DNA of 64,000 nucleotides from Macrostomum hystrix. Its lineage: Eukaryota; Animalia; Platyhelminthes. Shown piece by piece: positions 1 through 12,567 of this stretch. The DNA lies in contig CATNEN010000034.1 of assembly GCA_950097015.1 (NCBI GenBank), positions 3,968,001 through 4,032,000 on the forward strand, in the 5' to 3' direction. Every line of letters begins with the position of its first letter. The stretch's first letter is position 1. Below the pieces are notes generated by a model. That model had not been told where the DNA came from. It made no database searches and saw only the letters and a program-made list of their open reading frames with translations. A program made the translations under genes and the position numbers.

Positions 1-1102
1 GCACTTTACCGCGCCGACAAAAGCATGCCCCTATCCCGGCCTTTCTATATTCCACTATTTTTCAATCTCAATGTTTATTCTAAGTCTTCTATAAAGGCGC
101 ATTTTGGGACCCTTCCCAAAAAGGAGGTCTCTTCCCCGACTCTCTTTCTGCTCCCTACTGACTTTGCGAGTGCCAACCACCGCAGAGGAGCAGCGACCTG
201 TCTACTTCCTCTATTTTTTTCACAGATCCCCACCATCCATGCTTTCCAACAAAATCTATACATTTAGCATGTGTGGCGCCGTAGATTTTGCTAAACAAAG
301 TCAGGTACTGCAGCCCAAATTACTAGGAGCTATTTATTGGCCTAACCCCCAATACAGAACTGTGAGGTCAACACAACTTCAATTCGTTGTTCTTGTTCTT
401 TGAATCAGTATATAGTAGCATTCCAAGCTTAATTGCACTGGGGAGGGACTAAAATCCTCACTTTAAGCTAGAAGAACCAGTAATTAGCACAGTGATTAGA
501 CGATGATGTCAGAATGTTAAAAGCCTGTATTATGGATTAATTGGGTGTAGACAAGTAGTGCATTGCGACCTGGGAAATCGATGTGGAATGCTTCTCGCGT
601 GCACAGCCATTATTTGAAATGAAAATATAACGAAAGCAATAATTAGCTCATTATCCCAATAGGACAGATCCCAATGTTCCGCTTCATTGACCAGCATTCC
701 CTAGCCTTGTATTCAGTAAAAAAACACGTCTTTATTTGGTGCTAGCCCCAGGGCCCATCCCCTACTACCCTGGGGGGTCGGACGAGAATAATACAAAAAT
801 ATATCCCAATGAAGTGAAAGTTAAGCAGAATAGACATATGGAGACACAGGTAGAGACTCACCGAGGCTACACAAACTGGAAACCCGATACCAGGTTTGGT
901 CTCATTGGATCTTCATTCCGTCTCACAGTATGGCTGCTCGTATCTTATCCGCAATGGACCATTTGGGTCTCCATGGTGACACTGCGGCCAGCAACCAATA
1001 GATTCCGAAGGGAAGTGAGAGCAAATTTGGATGAATAAGCTGGGTTTTGGGATCAAATTTTGGTTCTAGTAAATGGAACCCACTTTCCGTTTGCCATATG
1101 AA

Positions 1103-1478
1103 AATATAATAATAATAATAATTGCAGGAGGGCTGCGGGCATTGGCACATCATTTGGTGACAGTAGACATGCAGCCAGCGAGGAGGCAGTTCTGCCCATT
1201 TCGCTGACTCCTGAGCACACACGCACACAGATACTGTACGCAGGCATACGCTCACACAGGTGTGTACATCTGCCCTGACTTTCTCATCGTCAGGCAGTGT
1301 ACGCTCTCACTGTGCCTTGGAGGTTGGCCCTCAAGGGCGTAAATTGCCCGACAAGCCCCAAAGTCTTCTCTCCGCGGCTGCGACCCCAAATGAATGTGGC
1401 CTCGCCGCGGAATCGAGCTCAGGGACCTTGGTGCGTGAGGCGTCAGCGATAACGCTGACCGCTCTGCCATTCACTCAC
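1103..1478 (-). mobile_element. tRNA-derived SINE, family A, copy 1
   Basis: Minus strand reads TGGCAGAGCGG (A box) ... GAGCTCGATTCC (B-box-like), a shared ~250-bp body and an (ATT)n tail; same body as five other copies in the window. Confidence 0.9.
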
Positions 1479-1584
1479 TCAAATTATGCTAAATAGCTCT
1501 TTAAAAAATTCCCAATTTCCCAATTATCTTTGTTGCTAGGCTAAAGAAAACGCGGACCACACGTAACTTACGCATTTCCCACAG

Positions 1585-2336
1585 CGCCACCGGCGCACCC
1601 GCCACCGGAGCAACGCACTGAAGCCGCAGCGGCTGTGCCACCGAGTCCGCCATTGCTGGCCCCGAAGCGGCAGTGCCGCTCGCTGACGCTGCTCCGCGGC
1701 GGCCTCCACCGGCCAGTGCCGCTGCGGCCGCCCGGTCCGCTGCTCGAGCTCGGCCTGCGAGATCTGCGCCTCTACGGTGAGGCGCCAGCTGCTCCGCCTC
1801 CGCCTCCGCCTCCTCAGCCGCCGGGCAGTCCACCTGACAGCCTGTCGCCGAGAAGCTTTCCTAACTCTTCTCCGGGTGGATCTCCCCAGCAGTGGCATCA
1901 GCAGCTGCTTCTACCGGTGCCACCGCCCCCGCAGCCTTTGTCGCCAATACAGTTTCAGCAGCAGCAGAGACGAAGGCTTCAGCGTCAGCAACGTCAGTCA
2001 TTCCGACGAAGGTGGCGACGTCATCGACCGCTTCGCCTTCAACCTCAGCCGCCGCCGCCGCCGCCACCTGAACCGCCGTTGCCGAGCGCCGGTCGGCGAT
2101 TTCTGATTGGCCTTCCGCACATCGCCTGCAGCCCGTCACCAGTGCAGCGCCAGGAGGCCGACTATCGCTATTACTACCTGAACGAAGACGAGGATTTCGA
2201 CGACCACCTGCGACTAGCTAACGACTACGCGTATTCTGACGACTCCGACCTCGAGAAGGAGGAGGACGGCGATAGCGGCTGCGAAGACGTTCGCGGCGTC
2301 GACCTGGACGTTGACGAGATCGAGAGCGACCTGTGA
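1585..2336 (+). CDS. Probable terminal exon of an unknown Pro/Gln-rich protein with acidic C-terminus
   Basis: GC-rich island in AT-rich flanks; acceptor TTTCCCACAG at 1584; frame of ORF 1635..2336 open from the acceptor to TGA; ends in Asp/Glu-rich tail. No family recognised; upstream exons not identified. Confidence 0.5.
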
Positions 2337-3405
2337 CTCCGATAGACAATGATCAATGAGCAATATGAGGGTGCCGATACCTGCAGCCCTAGCAGAGAAA
2401 GTTCCCTGCAGCATTTCTTTCGAATGCACCACTATGAAACGCAACCGGGACTAGAATTGTTTGGTAAACTAGAAAAATCCACGAGTAAGACGTAAAAATT
2501 ACTGCCAATCTCTCTGTCATTCTGCCAGTTTTTACTTCGCTGTCATAAAATTCGGTGACTTGTTATTTCGCTATATTATGAAATTGGCTTAATCCTTTTT
2601 GTGCACAATTTTATTTCATAATACGAGTATTTTCCCGCGCGCTTCTCTCTAAATTCTTCCTCAGTCGCTTTAACTGCCCTCCGCCCGGAAACTGCCCCCT
2701 TCTCAGTGCCCCAGGGTATGTACATATGTACACATGCTGATTTTAACAAAGTAATTAACTGATTACTGATCCTTCTCTACGATGTATTCGAAAAAATACT
2801 CGTAGCTTGAAATCACTTTAGACGCCTGCTTGAAACAAAAAAACTGCATGAAGGTTTTGAAAATTGAAACACATCATGAAACAAATTGATTTTTGTTTCC
2901 CTGCGGTTTGTGATTTGTCGTTTGCTCTTAACAAAAAGCACTTAACGTAAATTTTCTGGGTGTTCCTTCATTCGGCTCTCGATAACCATTATCGATCGTT
3001 TTGAGAGTGGGAAACGACAGTTTTTAGGATTGGTTGTTTGCTTTTTCTATATGCTTGAAGCAGTCAGTCAACACATATACAGGCGAGTATACATTCAGCT
3101 ACTTTTCTGTCGACTGCTCAAATCCTACAGTAAGCTGAGAAGTGAGCACGGTTCAATTGGAATTCTCCAAACTAATACCTGTTACAGAGAATTCAGTTGC
3201 GCTTTGGCTAAGAAGATTAGCAATTGAGTCCTTTTGGTTGTGGAATATACTATCGAGGAGTGTCTGACGCTCGCGCGTTTTTCATGTAGGGACATAAGTG
3301 TTCATACATGCAGCGGTGTGTAATTCTTGCCCAAATGGTCTGTTCTCTTACACGGATAAGCTTCTTGTTTAGCAGATGTTGCTTCTGGACTAACACATAT
3401 CGGGC

Positions 3406-4036
3406 TTTATTGTCTAACAGATATCCTTATTGTCTAAAAGATATTCCTTATTAACTAACAGATATTCCTTATTGTCTAACAGATATTCCTTATTATCTAA
3501 CAGATATTCCTTATTGTCTAACAGATATTCCTTATTATCTAACAGATATTCCTTATTATCTAACAGATATTCCTTATTGTCTAACAGATATTCCTTATTG
3601 TCTAACAGATATTCCTTCCTGTCTAACAGATATTCCTTCCTGTCTAAAAGATATTCCTTCCTGTCTAACAGATATTCCTTATTGTCTAACAGATATTCCT
3701 TATTGTCTAACAGATATTCCTTCCTGTCTAACAGATATTCCTTCCTGTCTAAAAGATATTCCTTCCTGTCTAACAGATATTCCTTATTGTCTAACAGATA
3801 TTCCTTATTGTCTAACAGATATTCCTTCCTGTCTAACAGATATTCCTTATTGTCTAACAGATATTCCTTATTGTCTAACAGATATTCCTTATTATCTAAC
3901 AGATATTCCTTATTGTCTAACAGATATTCCTTATTGTCTAACAGATATTCCTTCCTGTCTAACAGATATTCCTTATTGTCTAACAGATATTCCTTCCTGT
4001 CTAACAGATATTTCTTTTTGTCCAACAGATATTCAG
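3406..4036 (+). repeat. 21-bp minisatellite (AGATATTCCTTATTGTCTAAC), ~30 copies
   Basis: Direct reading; explains ORFs 3414..4025 and 3430..4044. Confidence 0.97.
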
Positions 4037-4714
4037 TTCTCTAATGGGTAGGTATAGTTTTTCGCCTAACAGCTATTGGCACATTGTTGGATACGTAGAG
4101 TGGCACTTATGAATATAAGTCTGGTCGGATTCTATTGCTGTTTCTCTTCAAATATGAGCTTATACAAATCTGTGCCAGTCACTGCAGCTGCTGTTCCATC
4201 CTGCTAAAGCATGCAGCTCCGAATGCATTAGCGCAGAGCTTTCAAATCGAAGCGGCAGTGTAAATTGAGAGGCATTCAGTCTCTAGTGACACCCATTAAC
4301 GCCTCGTAATACAAGCTCAGAGTGCCCCAAGCCAGAAGTGTTAGAGCCTTGTAGCGGCGCTTTATCGACCAGCTGTGACTGACTGAGAACGGCTGCATTA
4401 TGTGAGCGGCCCAGAACTGGTTCACAGGTAACAAAATAATCGCGTGAGATTTTACACAAGCTTAATTCCCAACGCGTTCTAAAGCTGGCTCAAACAACTC
4501 TTAGACACTAAACACGAGAAAGCAGACGCGAATGAAACCTTACACTTAAAACGTCAACACCGTACAGATTATCAAACTGTAGCCCGAATCACTATTCACC
4601 TTAACATGCAGGCTTCAAAGTATTCAAATTGATACTAAATGCAGTTACCATGTACTAACTCACAGAGCTTCTGGGTCCGTATTCTATGGCCACTTTCAAT
4701 ACCATACCCTTATC

Positions 4715-5535
4715 GCGTCTCTCCCATGTCTTATCTCTCCCATGTCTCATCTCTCCCTGTGTCTCATCTCTCCCTGTGTCTCATCTCTCCCTGTCTCATC
4801 TCTCCCTGTGTCTCATCTCTCCCTGTCTCATCTCTCCCTGTCTCATCTCTCCCCGTGTCTTATCTCTCCCCGTGTCTCATCTCTCCCCGTGTCTAATCTC
4901 TCCCCTGTCTCATCTATCCCCTGTCTCATCTCTCCCCGTGTCTCATCTTTCCATGTCTCATCTCTCCCTGTCTCATCTCTCCCCGTGTCTTATCTCTCCC
5001 CGTGTCTCATCTCTCCATGTCTCATCTCTCCCTGTCTCATCTCTCCCCGTGTCTTATCTCTCCCCGTGTCTCATCTCTCCCCGTGTCTAATCTCTCCCCT
5101 GTCTCATCTATCCCCTGTCTCATCTCTCCGTCTCATCTCTCCCCGTGTGACATCTCTCCCCTGTCTCATCTCTCCCCTGTCTCATCTCTCCCCGTTTCTC
5201 ATCTCTCCCCTGTCTCATCTCTCCGTCTCATCTCTCCAGTGTCTCATCTCTCCAGTGTCTCATCTCTCCCCGTGTGTCATCTCTCCAGTGTCTCATCTCT
5301 CCCCGTGTCTCATCTCTCTCCGTTCTCGTCTCTCCCTGTGTCTCATCTCTCCCCCGTGTCTCATCTCTCCCTGTGTCTAATCTCTCCCCGTGTCTAATCT
5401 CTCCCCCCGTGTCTCATCTCTCCCCGTGTCTTATCTCTCCCCCCGTGTCTCATCTCTCCCCGTGTCTCATCTCTCCCCCGTGTCTCATCTCTCCCCGTGT
5501 CTCATCTCTCTCCGTCTCATCTGCCTCCGTCTCAT
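4715..5535 (+). repeat. Degenerate CT-rich ~15-16-bp minisatellite (TGTCTCATCTCTCCC)
   Basis: Direct reading; variable monomer length. Confidence 0.95.
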
Positions 5536-6107
5536 CCCTCCCCTATTTATAATTGTTTTTTGTTTTAACTAGTAAATTAAGCAGTGATAAGTATCATTGT
5601 CTTGCGAACCTCGTAAAATTTGGCCTGTATACTCTGGTAACATGCAAACATGGTATAAACTACTGCGCGTGTACATGCACGTGTAGTGTAATTAATTATT
5701 ATTATGATTTGAGTCAGTCGTGCGATAAGTGGCTTTATTCGCATTCAGCATTCTGACGCATGATCGACTGCAAACTTAACATATAATATAATTCACAATC
5801 GTAAGTATATCGCTGGTTTAAAATTAACAGCTGAAAGTGGCATTTTGAAGCTAGTGGCAATGACTTAGGAAAGTGGCATTATGATTCTCTCGCAAAATTT
5901 CTCTCTTATTGGAAAGCGGTTGGACGTTAATATACTAATGCTAGACTTGCAGTTTTTAATAATATAATAAACATTTATAGCTTCTAAAGTTTATATTATA
6001 ATGCGGATAGCAGCAGCTGCAATAAATTAAACAAGTGAGAGCTCAAAGCCCGCACATCATATGCATATACTAAATGTCCTGAGTCTGCACATATATACTC
6101 AGGGTAT

Positions 6108-8260
6108 AGCATGTGATTTCCAGGGGAAAGCATGAGATTTCCAGGGGAAAGCATGAGATTTCCAGGGGAAAGCATGAGATTTCCAGGGGAAAGCATGAGA
6201 TTTCCAGGGGAAAGCATGAGATTTCCAGGGGAAAGCATGAGATTTCCAGGGGAAAGCATGAGATTTCCAGGGGAAAGCATGAGATTTCCAGGGGAAAGCA
6301 TGAGATTTCCAGGGGAAAGCATGAGATTTCCAGGGGAAAGCATGAGATTTCCAGGGGAAAGCATGAGATTTCCAGGGGAAAGCATGAGATTTCCAGGGGC
6401 CAGCATGAGATTTCCAGGGGAAAGCATGAGATTTCCAGGGGATAGCATTAGTAATCGATGTGGAAGCATGAATTATCCAGGAGGAAACATTAATTATGAA
6501 AAGTGAAAAATTAGTTATCCATGAAAAACCACGAATTATCAAGGGTAAGCATGACTTTTCGAGGGAGAAGGATGAACTATCGAAGTGGCTGCATGAATTT
6601 GTCGAAGGGGTAGCACAAATTATCGATGGGAAGCATGAACAATCAAGGGGGTTACATAAATTATCAAGCGAAAAGCATGCATTTTCATAGGGCAAGCATC
6701 AATTATCATGGGGTTAACATGAAATTATAGAGAGGTAGAATAAATAATTGAGGTTAGGCAAAAGTACGAGTATCTAGATGGAAACATAAATTAACGGAAG
6801 GAAACTATGAATTAACGGGGAGAATCTATGAATTAACGGGGAGAATCTAAAAACTAAGGGGAGAAACTAAGAATTAACGGGAGAAACTATGAATTAACGG
6901 GGAGAATCTACGAGCGTATAAATTAACGTGGAGAAACTAAGAATTAACGGGAGAAACTATGAATTAACGGGAGAAACTATGAATTAACGGGAGAAACTAT
7001 GAATTAACGGGAGAAACTATGAATTAACGGGGAGAATCTATAAATTAACGTGGAGAAACTAAGAATTAACGGGAGAAACTAAGAATTAACGGGAGAAACT
7101 ATGAATTAACGGGAGAAACTATGAATTAACGGGGAGAAGCTATGAATTAACGGGGAGAAACTATGAATTAACGGGAGAAACTAAGAATTAACGGGGAGAA
7201 ACTATGAATTAACGGGAGAAACTATGAATTAACGGGAGAAACTATGAATTAACGGGGAGAAACTAAGAATTAACGGGGAGAAACTAAGAATTAACGGGAG
7301 AAACTAAGAAGTGACGGGAGAAACTATGAATTAACGGGGAGAATCTTTGAATTAACGGGAGAAACTATGAATTAACGGGAGAAACTAAGAATTAACGGGA
7401 GAAACTATGAATTAACGGGGAGAAACTATGAATTAACGGGGAGAAACTATGAATTAACGGGGAGAAACTAAGAAGTGACGGGAGAAACTAAGAATTAACG
7501 GGAGAAACTAATAATTAACGGGGAGAAACTAAGAATTAACGGGAGAAACTAAGAATTAACGGAAGAAACTATGAATTAACGGAAGAAACTATGAATTAAC
7601 GGGAGAAACTAAGAATTAACGGGAGAAACTATGAATTAACGGAAGAAACTATGAATTAACGGGGAGAAACTAAGAATTAACGGGAGAAACTATGAATTAA
7701 CGGGGAGAAATTATCAATTATACAGGGGAAGCATGAATTATCGAAGAGGAAGCATGAATTATCGAAGAGGATGCATGAATTAACGAAGGGGAAGCATGAT
7801 GTAGCGAGAGAAAAGCATGAATTATCGATTGTCAAACATGACTTATCGAGAGGGTCGCATGAATTATCAAGGGCGAAGCATGAGTTATCGACAAAATTGC
7901 ATGATTTGTCGAGAGGGTAGAATAGATTATAGATGGGGGATGGCATGTATTACCGAGGAAAAGCATGAATTAACGTGGGAAATGTATGAATTATCAACGG
8001 TGTAGCCTGAATTATCGTGGGACAATCATAAATTAAGTGGGCAGCATAAATTATTGAGGGGGTAGCAAGATTTGTCCAGGGAGAGCAAGATATGACAAAG
8101 TGGTAGCATGAATTTGAATGGAGGGGAAGCATAAATTATCGAAGGGGAAAGCGTGATAAATCGAGGGAAAAGTATGATTTGTCGAGAGGGTAATGAATTA
8201 TCGAGGAGAATCATAAATTATCTATAGGTAAAGCATGGTTTATCGATGGGTAGCATGATA
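6108..8260 (+). repeat. Compound 20-21-bp satellite (GCATGAATTATCGAGGGG-type) with homogenised sub-arrays at 6108-6440 and ~6790-7710
   Basis: Degenerate 21-mers grade into near-perfect GCATGAGATTTCCAGGGGAAA and GAATTAACGGGAGAAACTAT arrays. Confidence 0.9.
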
Positions 8261-8798
8261 TTGAGTAATCTTCTATCATAAACAGTACTAGAAGCGTTAG
8301 TACAGTTCGTATACGTTTGTTATTATTCTGTTTAAGGTTTTTTGGGTACAACAAACAGTTATTAGTAAGAGCTAATGATTAGCTACTGTCAAAGCAAATA
8401 TTTTTTGCTTGAGTGCAGCATCGAGTTTTATTCAATACAAAACTGAGTAAAGAATTTTCAAACATTTCTGCCGTCGCTTTTTCTTCAAAAATATAAGAGA
8501 AAAGCTATACGCTCGTATTAGCGTAGATTTCATTAAAAATTGTAACGTTTTTTCGAGCATTCTTGCAAGCAAAATTCAATAGGATTAAAAAATAAATGAA
8601 GACTGTTCGAGCATATAAAAACAAAAGAAAATTGTTTTGAGCATTGTGGTAATCATTATTAGATTCAAAACTAAGACACAATATTTTAATTCTGGCTAAT
8701 AGCATTACTCTTTAAAAAAACTTTGCGCTTTTTCGTGCCGGGAAGCAATTATAGTTTTTTCTGTGTTTTGAAAGCATTATAATTCGAATGAGAACATG
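8236..8798 (+). repeat. ~560-bp dispersed repeat core, copy 1 (copy 2 at 14024-14619)
   Basis: Long near-identical blocks, e.g. GTTAGTACAGTTCGTATACGTTTGTTATTATTCTGTTTAAGG, in both copies, same orientation. Confidence 0.92.
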
Positions 8799-8809
8799 AA
8801 ACTTAAGAA

Positions 8810-9935
8810 TATAGCGCTGGATATCAATGGATAGCAGCATAAAATATCAAGTAAATTGCATGGAATTTTTGGGGAAAAGCAGTCGATATCTAGGGAATAT
8901 ATTGATTTCTTGAAAGGATTGCATCAGACTTCCAGGAGAATGAATAAGATTTTCAGGTAATAGCATAGCATAATGTTTTCAGGGAAATATTTTTAAGACG
9001 ATAGAATGATATGACGAGGGAAAAGAATGAATTATCTAGGGGGTTGCATAAATTATAGAGGGAAAAGCCTGACTTGTCGAGGGGGAGCATGAACAATCAA
9101 GGGGGAAGCATGAAATATTGAGGGGAAGCATGAATTATCAGGAGGGTTTCCTAAATTGTCGAGTGGGTAGCATGAAATATTGAAGGGTAGCATGAAATAT
9201 TGAGGGGTAGCATGATTTATTGAGGGGTAGCATAAAATATTGAGGGGTAGCATGATTAATTGAGGGGTAGCATGCTTTATCGAGATGGAAGCATGAATTA
9301 TCTGTGGGGAGCACAAATTAACGAGGGGGTGCATGAACTAACGAGGGGAAGTATGAATTGAGTGGGTTAGCATAAATTCTCGAAGGGGTAGCATGAATTA
9401 TTGTGGGGTAGTTTGATTCATCAATGGGGTAGCATGAATTGTCGGGGGCGAGCATGAATTATCAGGGAAGCATATATTTACGAGGTGGAGCCTTAATTAT
9501 CGTGGGGAAAGCATAAATTGAGGGGGTAGCATAAATTATAGAGGGAGCAAGCTTTGTCAAGGGGTAGTATGATATATCGAAGGGATAGTATGATATATCG
9601 AAGGGATAGTATGATATATCGAAGGGATAGTATGATATATCGAAGGGATAGTATGATATATCGAAGGGATAGTATGATATATCGAAGGGATAGTATGATA
9701 TATCGAAGGGATAGTATGATATATCGAAGGGATAGTATGATATATCGAAGGGATAGTATGATATATCGAATGGATAGTATGATATATCGAAGGGATAGTA
9801 TGATATATCGAAGGGATAGTATGATATATCGAAGGGATAGTATGATATATCGAAGGGATAGTATGATATATCGAAGGGATAGTATGATATATCGAAGGGA
9901 TAGTATGATATATCGAAGGGATAGTATGATATATC
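8810..9935 (+). repeat. Continuation of the 21-bp satellite with homogenised AGTATGATATATCGAAGGGAT sub-array (9566-9935, ~18 copies)
   Basis: Direct reading. Confidence 0.92.
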
Positions 9936-10559
9936 CAGGGCTGTGACTTGCTTCCCCCAAATGGGGGTCTTGGTTGCTAGTTTAATATACTAAAAATAAA
10001 ATGCTTGGTTGCTTGGTTGTTTGTAATTGATTTTCTCCCGAACGGTTCAACCGATTTTCACAATTTCTTCACCAAAAGATGTCAATTATGGGCCCGAATC
10101 GGTACACGTGTTTTTATTAAGCTTAACTTTATTGCTAAGGGGATTAAAAAAAGTGTTAAATAGGATTTTTAATGCATTATTCAATCAGAGCCAGTCTTGT
10201 CAACGTGCATACCACTGCCGATTTTAATGATTGCATCAGGGCCAGTTTTGTTATTGTATTTGGAATTGAAGTGCATAGCAGACTTCAATTCCATGATATA
10301 TTGCTCAATGCTAACGAGACATCTACTCCTTTTTTACTCATTGACTCGATTTCATTTGAGAAATGTGTTCAACAGGTTTTTAAAATGTGTTTCACAGTTA
10401 TCTAATTTTTTACAGTTTTCTAACTGTGTCCAACAGTTTTCTAAAGGAGCGGGCGTTGACCGCTCAACAGAATGCCTCCGTTCGTATCCGTGATACGATT
10501 GGCGGTCTGGAGGCTGTGCTAGTTGCTGCTACTGCTGATTGGACATCAATCGATCCGGT

Positions 10560-10955
10560 TGTTTCTCAGCCGAACAAGCCGACGTTTTTTTTAACAGCCA
10601 GTCGGGGATTTCCAGAATTCAATCTGGAAAAGCCTTGCACAATGGCTGGCTGCTCGCATAGCCGCACACACTGCAGTTAGTGAGCTCAGGCATTATAGCA
10701 TCGGATCTGAAGCGAAGCCGCCTAGCAGCGTGTATGATGTGCAGCAGTGAGGCTGGCCTAGCCCGCTCCAGATCCTTCACCAGTGACCTGGCGTGACCCC
10801 TGTACGCCGGAGCGTACAGGCACTCGGTGGCAAAGAAGTCCAGCTTCTTGAAGTAGGCGTACAGGACAATCTCCTTCTCATATGCGTATTTCAATGGCTT
10901 GCAACGGGCCGGGAGACCGCCGCAGAAACTGAACTGAGACGGCCGAGGAGCTGCT
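10560..10955 (-). pseudogene. CTU1: CTU1/NCS6 (cytoplasmic tRNA 2-thiolation protein 1) C-terminal fragment, frameshifted
   Basis: [40 protein letters not shown]...CSVCG...PLCKA matches the CTU1 C-terminal half; one codon missing in YAP(N)AY, frameshift after CKA ([10 protein letters not shown] continues in another frame), no N-terminal PP-loop (SGGKDS) found in the window. Confidence 0.85.
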
Positions 10956-10959
10956 GGCC

Positions 10960-11350
10960 GCGCACGCCGACCGATGGCGTCAAACGCGGGAGTACCGTAG
11001 ACAACGCCAGACTGCGCCGAGTCTCGGCCAGCTGGTTGAATCGCTGATGATGAGCGCCGGTACCGAAGGCCAACGCGGACGCCTCCAGTGGCGCCTGGTG
11101 GCCTTTAACAGCCCTGAGGCGGCAGCCGAGCTGCCCTGCTACTCGGCCTACCAGCGCGCGGTGCATGGCGAGCAGCCAGGCCAGTGCGACCTCGCCGCTT
11201 TCTGCCAACGCCAGTGCGTCAGCCCGCTGGTGTCGCAGGAGACTGCAGACTGTGGCCATTGGACCACTGGCTCCTATCATGCCCAGCTTCTGCTGGAAGG
11301 TCGCACCCTCCTGGCCGTTGAAGTTGTCGACATTCTGTCCAGGTTTTGGC
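10960..11350 (+). pseudogene. ATE1: ATE1 (arginyl-tRNA protein transferase) C-terminal-domain fragment, decayed
   Basis: [10 protein letters not shown]...LQWRLV...YSAYQRAVHGE...CVSPL...GSYHAQLLLEG..LAVEVVDIL parallels ATE1 (SLEDL...LEVRVV...YKRYQMVIH...LCSSPL...[22 protein letters not shown]); premature stop before the SSVYxYYDP motif. A possible extreme C-terminus (RRFRQLGGPDCAGNFLLDVD*) lies at ~11770-11835. Confidence 0.7.
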
Positions 11351-11400
11351 CATAGACAATTTGACTAATACGATTCTGTTTATCCTCGTTCCAGAGAATA

Positions 11401-11650
11401 AGGGAGTTTAGCTTAGCGGTTAGAGCTTCGGACTCACAACTTGAAGGTATGGGGTTCGATTCCTGGCTTCACTGGAACAATTTGTGTCATTTAGCAAGGC
11501 AGTTAAACTCTGCGTTGCTTCAGTTCAGCCAGCTGTTAAATGGGTCCAGCATTAGCTGGGAAAACTGGGGGAGGGTTTGATGTCCCCATAGTCCACGGAC
11601 TGCACATGTGGCTAGGAATTGAGGCAGGTATAATAAATCATTATTATTCC
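11401..11650 (+). mobile_element. tRNA-derived SINE, family B (CORE-like central domain), copy 1
   Basis: TAGCTTAGCGG A box, GGTTCGATTCC B box (11453-11463), then TGTGTCATTTAGCAAGGCAGTTAAACTC...CAGCTGTTAAATGGG, and an ATT tail; homologous to 23231-23465. Confidence 0.8.
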
Positions 11651-12567
11651 ATAATAAATCGACTCTAACGAAAACTCGACAACGACTGCCGCGTCCCGCC
11701 TGACCAACATGCCGGCTTTGTCGATCACGGAGCTGCCGGCGGCGTCGAGAATCTTCGGGATGTTGGACTGCGGCGATTTCGGCAACTTGGTGGACCCGAC
11801 TGCGCCGGGAACTTCTTGTTGGATGTCGACTGAGGCCCCTTCTGAGACTCCAAGTTGATCGACTGAAAAAATTTAGATCAACCCGAATTTGAGTCATTCC
11901 GAAATTGAGTCATTCTGAAATTGAGTCCTTGTAAACTTTAGTCATTCGCAACGTAGTCCTTCCGAATCTGACTCAATCCCTATTTTGTCCAGGTCTAGGA
12001 ATAACCATTGTGAAGTTATTCTAAGAACTATTTGTGTTAAATGCACCTCATAATAGTGTTGTATTTATTTTTCATTTTAAGGCATTTCGTTTGCTTATTC
12101 AAAAACGCGTTTTAATCTTTACAAAAAATCATTTGCTTTTTCGAATAAAAGCTAGTAAACGCAAACTTTGCGGTTTTTTTGTAATCAATAGAGCTTTGAA
12201 TGCAATATATGGAATATATAATACAAATACAAATATACGGCTCGTTATAGTGTCTGAAAATGTGTCGATTTTACAACGATTGCCTTTGGTAAGTTCAGCA
12301 TATTAACAAATCTTCGGACTTGGTAATACGCGAATTCGATAAAATCGCTAGCAGAGTTTCGGGATTTCGGATTCTCCGAATGTTGCGGAATCGAAACCCA
12401 TTCGGAATGTTAGAAATTCGGAATGATTTGAATCCGGACTGCTGGCGGAGGCGCACGGAGCGTTTAATCCGGCATAAAAAGCAACGGGCCCGAGCTCCCG
12501 AGTCCAGGCTTCGCGCTCAAGTTGCCACTAGTTGAGTTAAGAAAGAAAAATATTTTTCTTGGAAAAA

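Noticed and set aside
104-403. EEQRPVYFL as a possible retroelement RNase H fragment
   Set aside because: Too short, with no neighbouring RT, RNase H or integrase motifs.
3414-4044. 200-aa ORFs on both strands (KEYLLDN / RYSLLSN repeats)
   Set aside because: Translations of a stop-poor 21-bp minisatellite; no splice or start context.
11401-11475. Possible tRNA gene
   Set aside because: A and B boxes are present but there is no convincing cloverleaf, and it continues into a SINE body shared with 23231-23465.
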